Positions 37,342 to 44,300 of a stretch of 64,000 bases of DNA are shown piece after piece. The notes below the pieces were generated by a model. That model saw nothing but the letters and a program-made list of their open reading frames with translations, searched no databases and was not told where the DNA came from. The stretch is from Candidatus Angelobacter sp. Its GTDB lineage: Bacteria > Acidobacteriota > Terriglobia > Terriglobales > Acidobacteriaceae. The stretch spans positions 3,067 to 67,066 of the forward strand of contig DASTCT010000086.1 of the NCBI GenBank assembly GCA_035710845.1, in the 5' to 3' direction. Both the position numbers and the translations under genes were made by a program. Position 1 is the stretch's first letter; each line of letters opens with the position of its first letter.

Positions 37342-38070
37342 CTAGCTATGTGCTCCTGCAGCAACCCCTGCGGCTTCCATCGCGATCTCTTCAGTTGCGG
37401 TTGCGGCAAAGTAACGGCGATAGGAATATGACACTCCCAACATCACCAGCAGCAGCGCCACAAGAACCTGCCATCCGATATCGGATCCTAACGTCAAAGC
37501 CACGCCGGCAACTCCGGCACTTGCCACCAGGTAGACATAAGACAATTGGAACATGTCTACCCATGTCCGAACCAAACTGACTTTTTCCGTGAGCGAAATC
37601 ACCAGCGCCATGGTGACTGTGTTCACCAGGAAATAAACTGCTGCAGCAAACGCCAGCCGCAAAGCCTGTGATGCAATCCGCGACTCTATCATGGGCGACA
37701 CATAGATGAGCCGCGCTACAGCAACTGTCATCGCAATGGCGAAACAGTTAAATGCAAGCTGCAGCAGATTTAATTTTTGCCTTCTCCGCGGCAGGCATTG
37801 GACCAGGGTGCTGACAAAGCCTACGACCATTGCTTCGGCCGTCCCCAGCAGCGCAGCAGCCAGCAGAAAGAAGGGCAGATTTACTGACATGGTTCCGGTC
37901 AACCCAGGCAGCTTTACTTTAGGCCGCGCTGCCACAGTCGCCAGTACCAGGATCGCAATAAAGCGCGCCATTGCCACTGAGTGGACGTTGAGTACAGCGT
38001 TTCCCATGAGCAGGAAACCCGAAACGATAATCAACGCCACAAATATTCGCGCTGATAATGACTTCGGCAT
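37342..38070 (-). CDS. Stand-alone polytopic membrane module paralogous to the N-terminus of the HD-GYP/GGDEF protein
   Basis: Aligns with the 44301-46748 product: KVKLPGLTGTMSVNLPF..LVQCL vs KVDLPEITGTISVNFLF..LVQCL; AVYFLVNTVTMALVISLTEK vs AVYFLFNTLPVATIISLTEN; YSYRRYF vs RSYRLYL. Start lies 2 nt after the S8 gene stop. Confidence 0.7.
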   Translation of the reverse strand: MPKSLSARIFVALIIVSGFLLMGNAVLNVHSVAMARFIAILVLATVAARPKVKLPGLTGTMSVNLPFFLLAAALLGTAEAMVVGFVSTLVQCLPRRRQKLNLLQLAFNCFAIAMTVAVARLIYVSPMIESRIASQALRLAFAAAVYFLVNTVTMALVISLTEKVSLVRTWVDMFQLSYVYLVASAGVAGVALTLGSDIGWQVLVALLLVMLGVSYSYRRYFAATATEEIAMEAAGVAAGAHS

Positions 38071-38072
38071 GC

Positions 38073-39827
38073 TTAGTCTTCTCCGTCTTCCCCGTCGCTC
38101 AGGGCGTTGATGCCATCCGAGCCCCAGGTAATCGAATTGCACCAGATAATGCTGTTTCCGGTGATGCCGGTCTGTCCCCAGACGATTGAGTTACCCCAAA
38201 CAATGGAGTCTGAGATCACCGCGTTTCCGCCCCACACAATAGAGTTACCCCAAACAATGGAGCTACCCCAGGTGATGCTGTTTCCCCAGGTGATTGATTG
38301 GCTGTTCTGCAGCGTAGCCGTTCCGGTAGCCGAATTGAACTTAACAATGGGTGAAGGCGCTCCGCCATTTACCACGTCAGTGCTTTTCAGCGCAGCGTCA
38401 ACATCCAGATATCCGGCGCCGATGGTAAATACGTCATATTGTGATAAATAACCATATCCCTTGGTGTCATATCCCCAGCTGTTGACGGGATATCCCTTCC
38501 ACGCGGTCTTCATCATTCGCGCTTTAATGGTGTCAGGCGTAAGCGTTGGATCTTTTTGGACCATCAGCGCTGCCGCACCGGCAACGATGGGTGTTGCCAT
38601 GCTTGTGCCGCTAAGTCGGAGATATTTCCCGCTAGCTCCTGTGGTGCAATTATTCAAAACGCAGGTTGTGATGGGCAGAATATTCAGATTCAGCAATGAG
38701 GAAAACAGCGTGCTGCCCGGTGAAGACAGTGAAACGATGCGATTGCCGGGCGCAACCAGGTCAGGCTTAGCCACGTGATCGAGCAGCGTTGGGCCTTTGG
38801 AGCTATAGCTGGCCACAGTGTCATCAAGACGGGTGGGAGTGCCATTGGTTTTGGTAGCGCCCACCGTAATCACATTGGGATCATTACCCGGCGCATTAAT
38901 GGTGGCATATCCTTGCGTCCCGTAAGAATTATCGCGTCCGGCGTTGCCGGCGGCCACAACTACCACGATCCCGGAGTTCCACGCGGCTTCCACAGCCTGG
39001 CATACAGGATCAAGAGCGTAAGACTCAAAAATCGGCCGGCCCAGCGAGAGATTGATGACGCGAATGTTGTAGGTGTTCTTCAACTGGATCGCGCGCTGAA
39101 TGGCCGCGATTACCTGGCTATCCGTCCCCATACCGTTAGCATCAAGCACGCGCAGGTTAATGATGTTGGCATTAGAAGCGACGCCAATATATTGCACAGG
39201 ATAGCCTCTCTGTGAATCGTGGCCGTTCCCTGCCAGAATTCCAGCTACATGCGTGCCATGCCCATACGCGTCGTTTGTGCTGGTATCGCCGGGAATAAAG
39301 CTTTCGCTATAAACAATTCGTGAGCCGGTGCCATTCGCATTCTGCAGGTCGTCATGGTTAAAGACGCCGCTATCGATGATCGCAATGCCAACTCCGGTGC
39401 CGTCCAGACCATATTGCTGGCGGGCAACATCATCCATGACCGCAGGAATATCGTCATCAGACGCAACTTTGTTCGGGCGGTCCGGGCTTACATAGACAAC
39501 GTCAGGATGGTTCTCCAGCCACGCAAGCACTTTGACGGGAATGCGATAAGCCAGAGCATTAATGCGGTCCAGAGAGAACTTCATCCGCCCGCCGCGCGCC
39601 GCTAAATCGGCAAAATGCTGCGCTTTGGGAGTCTGATTGAACTGAATGATTACATTCACCGTTCCGTCAGGATTGACTGGAAAATTAGACAAATCGGCGG
39701 CAAGCTTTCCATGTCCGCGTGCGTGGGCCGCCGCGGGAACCACCGCAAGGACCAACGCCAGCGCAAGAAGATGGAAGAGCCACTTCAGTTTGTGTCGTGT
39801 TGTTAAATCTTGTTTGTCCGATATCAT
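38073..39827 (-). CDS. Secreted subtilisin-like serine protease (S8) with C-terminal hexapeptide-repeat tail
   Basis: Catalytic triad contexts AIIDSGV, HGTHVAG and GTSMATP. Signal peptide. Inhibitor_I9-like propeptide. Confidence 0.9.
   Translation of the reverse strand: MISDKQDLTTRHKLKWLFHLLALALVLAVVPAAAHARGHGKLAADLSNFPVNPDGTVNVIIQFNQTPKAQHFADLAARGGRMKFSLDRINALAYRIPVKVLAWLENHPDVVYVSPDRPNKVASDDDIPAVMDDVARQQYGLDGTGVGIAIIDSGVFNHDDLQNANGTGSRIVYSESFIPGDTSTNDAYGHGTHVAGILAGNGHDSQRGYPVQYIGVASNANIINLRVLDANGMGTDSQVIAAIQRAIQLKNTYNIRVINLSLGRPIFESYALDPVCQAVEAAWNSGIVVVVAAGNAGRDNSYGTQGYATINAPGNDPNVITVGATKTNGTPTRLDDTVASYSSKGPTLLDHVAKPDLVAPGNRIVSLSSPGSTLFSSLLNLNILPITTCVLNNCTTGASGKYLRLSGTSMATPIVAGAAALMVQKDPTLTPDTIKARMMKTAWKGYPVNSWGYDTKGYGYLSQYDVFTIGAGYLDVDAALKSTDVVNGGAPSPIVKFNSATGTATLQNSQSITWGNSITWGSSIVWGNSIVWGGNAVISDSIVWGNSIVWGQTGITGNSIIWCNSITWGSDGINALSDGEDGED
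38121..38297 (-). repeat. About 10 tandem 18-bp coding repeats (SI[TV]WG[NS])
   Basis: SITWGN SITWGS SIVWGN SIVWGG NAVISD SIVWGN SIVWGQ TGITGN SIIWCN SITWG. Confidence 0.9.
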
Positions 39828-39935
39828 TTAGAACCCCGGAAGTTACTTTCAAACTTTTACTCACAGCCGTTTGCTTCTTATGAACCCCAAACCGCTGACC
39901 TGAAAGACATTGGTCGAACCTCCGCTGCCTTTTAG

Positions 39936-39951
39936 TGCAATCCTGAAACCA
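39936..39951 (-). promoter_or_regulatory. Candidate sigma-54 (-24/-12) promoter for the S8/7TM operon
   Basis: Minus strand reads TGGTTTCAGGATTGCA. GG and TTGCA sit at consensus spacing (TGGCAC-N5-TTGCA). Confidence 0.45.
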
Positions 39952-39965
39952 AAGCAGCCGAAATG

Positions 39966-39978
39966 TAAGTTATTGATT
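39966..39978 (-). promoter_or_regulatory. IHF-like site
   Basis: Minus strand reads AATCAATAACTTA, matching WATCAANNNNTTR. Lies between the repeat cluster and the -24/-12 element. Confidence 0.35.
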
Positions 39979-40013
39979 TTGCTATGCTTATATCATGCAA
40001 GGTCGGTCCCGGA

Positions 40014-40116
40014 TGTGACAGGGATGTCAGCCAGAGTGACAGCAAAACTAGAGCAGTTTTAGCGTAACATGTTGCAAATAAAAGGCTTATTCATTATTGC
40101 GACAGGTGTGACAGCC
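40014..40116. promoter_or_regulatory. Cluster of TGTGACA-type repeats (candidate enhancer/UAS)
   Basis: tgtgacaggg (40014), gatgtcagcc (40023), agtgacagc (40035), gcgacagg (40099), tgtgacagcc (40107). Confidence 0.4.
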
Positions 40117-40217
40117 CAGATGAGGCAAATTGATTTCTCGTGTGCTTCATAAGCCTCTTAAGGATCCAAGATTAAGCACAAGAAAATAAGAGAGATAGAT
40201 GGGAGTTGGATCGCAGG

Positions 40218-41024
40218 TTACAAGTGGAGTGCTTCTTCAATTTCAACCGGACTTGGGATCGAGGGCAAAGCTGCAATCAGCTTTTGCGTAAATTCATGCT
40301 GTGGGCTAAAGAAGATGGCTTGAGGCTGGTTGCACTCAACAATTGCGCCATTGTGGATAAGAGCAATACGGTGGCATAGCCCATACGCCGAGAGCAGGTC
40401 GTGGGAGATGAAAAGCAGGCTCATCCCCAGCTTGCGGTTTAAGTCAGCAAACAGTGCCAGGATCTCTGCCTGTGTAACTGCATCAAGAGCGCTTGTCGGC
40501 TCGTCTGCAATCAATAATGCGGGCCGGTGCAAGATGGCCATGGCTATCAATACGCGCTGCGCCTGCCCCACACTGATCTCAGAAGGATAGCGGCGGAGAA
40601 ACTCTTCTGTTGCCGGCAAGCTTGTATCCATCAAGGCGCGAAAGATCGCTTCTTCTTTGTGCTGCTTGCTGCCGTTGCCATGTAGCTTCCACGCTTCTTC
40701 CAATTGCGTGCTTAACCGCAACGCTGGATTCAGCGATGACATGGGGCTTTGAGGCACAAAAGCGATTTCCTTGCCCCGCAAGCTGCGCCACTCGCGTTCT
40801 TTAAGAGTCAGCAGTTCGCGCCCGTTCCAGCGAATCGAGCCACGCGCCTTGCCGCCTTTCAGGTTCAGCAATCCAAGGATCGCCAACGCCAGCGAGCTTT
40901 TTCCGCAGCCGCTGTGCCCTACCAGACCCAGCACCTCTCCGGCTTGCAACTCAAGGCGCAAGTCGTCCAGCACGGGCGGCTTGTCCTTGTAGCTGATCGT
41001 CAATTGGAGCGAGAGCAGGTCCAT
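40218..41024 (-). CDS. ABC transporter ATP-binding protein (peptide/nickel type)
   Basis: Walker A GHSGCGKSS, signature ISVGQAQRV, Walker B LLIADEPTSALD. Confidence 0.9.
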   Translation of the reverse strand: MDLLSLQLTISYKDKPPVLDDLRLELQAGEVLGLVGHSGCGKSSLALAILGLLNLKGGKARGSIRWNGRELLTLKEREWRSLRGKEIAFVPQSPMSSLNPALRLSTQLEEAWKLHGNGSKQHKEEAIFRALMDTSLPATEEFLRRYPSEISVGQAQRVLIAMAILHRPALLIADEPTSALDAVTQAEILALFADLNRKLGMSLLFISHDLLSAYGLCHRIALIHNGAIVECNQPQAIFFSPQHEFTQKLIAALPSIPSPVEIEEALHL

Positions 41025-41029
41025 AAATT

Positions 41030-42637
41030 CTAGTGCGCCTTTGCCAGCGCCAATGTCTCCACGTTCCAGAACGTTTGCGGGCGAAATACGCTTGGCTCGC
41101 TGTTCTTTACTTCAGGCGAGATAGCTACCAGCGCGTCTTTGTTGATCAGATAGATGAACGGCTCCTGGTCCCACGCAATCTGCTGGACGCGGTCCCAATA
41201 TTGTTTGCGCTTATGCTCGTCGCCAGATGAAGCCTGGGCTTTCATCAGCTTGTCGATCTCGGCTTCCCATGCTGTTGCAGGCGATTTCTGCCGCGGATTC
41301 CACTGGTGGTTATCCGCCGAGCTGAGCCACACCGCCATTTGCGCATTGGGGTCCAGATCAACATTCTGGAAGCCCAGCAAACAAGCCTCATAGTTAAAGC
41401 TTTGCGTCATCCGCTCCAGCAATGAATTGAAATCAAGCGTGACCACATTCACCTTGATCCCGATTTTCTTGAGGTCTTCCTGGATCATGGTGGCCATGCT
41501 TTCACGCGAGCGATTGCCTGCATTGGTCACGATGGAAAATTCCACAGCGTTATCGCTCTTATCGCGCAGCGTGCCATCTTGCAGCCGGAAACCATCCTGC
41601 TGCAGCCGATGGAGAGCGCTGGCGGTATCGTAAGGATGCGGTTTGAGATTGCTGTTAAACCAGAACTTGTTGCTGGGCGAGACAACGCCAATCGCCGGGA
41701 CGGCGTGGCCGTGATAAACAATCCGCGCCAGGTCCGCCCGATTGATGGCTTCAGAGATCGCCCGACGGAAATTAGTGGAAGTAAACCACGCTAGCTTATA
41801 TGCCGGAATCGGCGCGCTAGGCACTTGGTTGAACCAGAGTTGCTCCGTATCAGTGGAAGCTCCGGCATCGCGAACGGAAGCGCTATCGCTGGAGAGCTTC
41901 TCAAAGATTGCTGGTGAAACAGTGTTGATCAGTTGAACTTCACCACGCTTATAACGCATGGCCTCGATTTCAGGGTTTTGCTCAATTTCCAGCCGGACTG
42001 AGTCCAGATACGGCAACTGCTTCCCTGTCGAGTCTTTTTTCCAATAGTAAGGATTGCGCTTCAGCAGAATATAGGAGCCGGCCTTACGCTCAGCCACATA
42101 GAACGGTCCTAATGCGGCCATTTCCTTTTGCGGCGATTTTGCAGATAGGATGGCGACTGTATCAAACAGGTCCACCAGGTTCGCTACCGGTGCGGGAAAA
42201 CTGATTTCCACCACGCTGGGCGAAATCACTCGCGTCTCTACCTTGCCTTCACCAGATCGGAATGCATCACCGGTGCTGGAATGCAGCGCTGGATCCATCA
42301 ACTGTGACATCGTGTAAGCTACGTCCGCAGCAGAAAACGGTGTGCCATCAGAATATTTCAGGCCTTCGCGTAGCTTAAAGCGAATGCGCTTGCCGCCTTC
42401 AGAAACCTTCCATTCGCTGGCTAATTCCGGCTGCGGCTTCAGCGTGATTCGGTTCACACGCACCAGCACGCCGCCGGTCAGATAACGGATCGTCTCAGAA
42501 GCATCGTCTTCCACCAGCAGCGGATTATATGTTTTAGGTTCAGCGCGTAGACAGAAACGCAGTTCTCCCCCAGTTTGGGCCAGCAGCGTAGTGCAACCCA
42601 GCAGCAACATCGCAGAGAGCAAATGCAGACGCCTCAT
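41030..42637 (-). CDS. ABC substrate-binding protein, family 5 (oligo/dipeptide-type), lipoprotein
   Basis: Lipobox LLLGC. About 535 aa with family-5 SBP layout (NPLL..DAS, YTMSQLMDP..). Confidence 0.88.
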   Translation of the reverse strand: MRRLHLLSAMLLLGCTTLLAQTGGELRFCLRAEPKTYNPLLVEDDASETIRYLTGGVLVRVNRITLKPQPELASEWKVSEGGKRIRFKLREGLKYSDGTPFSAADVAYTMSQLMDPALHSSTGDAFRSGEGKVETRVISPSVVEISFPAPVANLVDLFDTVAILSAKSPQKEMAALGPFYVAERKAGSYILLKRNPYYWKKDSTGKQLPYLDSVRLEIEQNPEIEAMRYKRGEVQLINTVSPAIFEKLSSDSASVRDAGASTDTEQLWFNQVPSAPIPAYKLAWFTSTNFRRAISEAINRADLARIVYHGHAVPAIGVVSPSNKFWFNSNLKPHPYDTASALHRLQQDGFRLQDGTLRDKSDNAVEFSIVTNAGNRSRESMATMIQEDLKKIGIKVNVVTLDFNSLLERMTQSFNYEACLLGFQNVDLDPNAQMAVWLSSADNHQWNPRQKSPATAWEAEIDKLMKAQASSGDEHKRKQYWDRVQQIAWDQEPFIYLINKDALVAISPEVKNSEPSVFRPQTFWNVETLALAKAH

Positions 42638-43440
42638 ACGCGGACCTCCTGTTTGTTAAGCAGTACCTGGAAGGAGCTGATTACCACTATAAGTACCGCA
42701 AAAGGCAACAATCGCCAAGGTTCCGGACGTAACGTAATCGCGTCCTGAAGTTCACGTAAAAGGCTGCCCAGCGAGGGCAATGGTTCTGACACCCCAAGGC
42801 CCAAAGCGCCCAGATTGGCTTCGGCAATAATGAAAACGGGAATCGAGATCCAGAACTGGGCCAACAATGCGCCGCGAAGGTTGGGCAGTAGGTGCAGACG
42901 AATCAATTTAAAGCCGGAAAAACCTGCGGCTCGCGCCATCCATACGAATTCTGATTTCATCAGATCTTTGGCGCCGGAACAGATGATCCGCGCGGAAGCC
43001 GCCCATCCCAGCAAGCCAAGGAGAATAAAAGTAACCATGACGGAAGCCTGGGGCGAAATATTCAGCGGGAGTACCGCTCGCACTGTAATCAGGAGAAACA
43101 GCCAGGGCACGGAGAGAAAGAAATCAATCAGCAGCTTGCAGCAGCGTTCAATCCAGCCGCCACAATATCCGGCAATGCCGCCTACCAAGCCTGCCAGAAT
43201 CGTTGTAAAGAATGCCGCTAAAGGGGCCAGCGTCAAGGAAACGCGCATTCCGAAAAGCAGTCTTGCCCAGCGATCGCGGCCCAAATCATCTGTCCCCAAC
43301 GGATGGTGCACAGAAGGGCCGGCCTGCGGCAGGTCGCGAAACTGCTGTTCATATCCTGCAGGCGCAAGGTAGTTGGCGAACAGCACAACGAATGCCGTTA
43401 CCAGCAGCACTGCAATCGCTATGAAGCGCACGGTTTTCAT
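42634..43440 (-). CDS. ABC permease (DppC/OppC-like)
   Basis: N-terminal HPLGTDDLGRD motif and EAA-type loop. 4-nt overlaps with both neighbours. Confidence 0.9.
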   Translation of the reverse strand: MKTVRFIAIAVLLVTAFVVLFANYLAPAGYEQQFRDLPQAGPSVHHPLGTDDLGRDRWARLLFGMRVSLTLAPLAAFFTTILAGLVGGIAGYCGGWIERCCKLLIDFFLSVPWLFLLITVRAVLPLNISPQASVMVTFILLGLLGWAASARIICSGAKDLMKSEFVWMARAAGFSGFKLIRLHLLPNLRGALLAQFWISIPVFIIAEANLGALGLGVSEPLPSLGSLLRELQDAITLRPEPWRLLPFAVLIVVISSFQVLLNKQEVRV

Positions 43441-44300
43441 GCCGCACTCCGGGTGAAGCCGCGTTGAGCCCCATCAGAGATCAGGGTGGCGCAAACCGTC
43501 ACAAAAGTCACAATCATGGTGAGGTTCACCAGTAGAGGCAGGTCGCGTGCCTCGGCGGCTTGCCAAGCAAGCTGCCCAATGCCAGCAACGTCGCTGATAA
43601 CCTCAATCGGCAGCAGCACGCCAATGCTAATGCTGATAGAAACGCCGACCAACGCAATCAACTGAGGCAAGGCAATTGGCGCAACGTGCCAGGCTAAAAC
43701 GCGCAGGGGACCAGCGCCTTTGGCCCGTGCCGTGAGCACATGTGGCATTTCCGCGCTCTGCTGAAGAAGGTTTTCTGTATAGCGATAAATCTTAGGGAAA
43801 ACCAGCAAGGCAGCCGCGAATGCTGGTGGCAGTCGTAATAAAAGAAAGACCAGCGCAAGCGCAGCTGCAGGAGTGGAGATGAATGTTCCACTCAGGCCAT
43901 TGGCCAGGAAACTAAATGCGCGCCAGCGCAAAACCTGTGTGGCGATGGCCAATGCAAGCCCCAGCAGCCACCCGATCGCCAGCGCAAACGCCAAATTTGG
44001 AAGTGTTACCGGCAGCCGTTCACGCAAAAGTTCTTTTACCGGCTGATTGAGAGAACTTGAAGTGCCAAAATCGCCCTTAGCTAGCGAGATGAGGTATTGC
44101 ACATAGAACCGTGGAATATTCGCATCGGCTAAACGGGCCTGCCGAATGGCCTGGATACTCTGGGCAGAAAGGCTGGGATTAAGTTCCTGATCGTCAGAGG
44201 TAAAACCGGGAGCAATGCGTATGAGCATGGCGCCCGCAAAGCTCGCCATGAGCATAAGCGCCGCCAGCCGAAGCACAGCGCCGCTGAGAAAGCGCAGCAT
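43437..44300 (-). CDS. ABC permease (DppB/OppB-like)
   Basis: Six TM helices. TARAKG motif of the binding-protein-dependent permease loop. Confidence 0.9.
   Translation of the reverse strand: MLRFLSGAVLRLAALMLMASFAGAMLIRIAPGFTSDDQELNPSLSAQSIQAIRQARLADANIPRFYVQYLISLAKGDFGTSSSLNQPVKELLRERLPVTLPNLAFALAIGWLLGLALAIATQVLRWRAFSFLANGLSGTFISTPAAALALVFLLLRLPPAFAAALLVFPKIYRYTENLLQQSAEMPHVLTARAKGAGPLRVLAWHVAPIALPQLIALVGVSISISIGVLLPIEVISDVAGIGQLAWQAAEARDLPLLVNLTMIVTFVTVCATLISDGAQRGFTRSAA

Noticed and set aside
42815-43372. A + strand 185-aa ORF, and similar long antisense ORFs at 50748-51335, 53865-54377 and 58644-59348.
   Set aside because: All lie opposite well-supported membrane or repeat-protein genes. 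Such shadows are typical of GC-rich coding regions.
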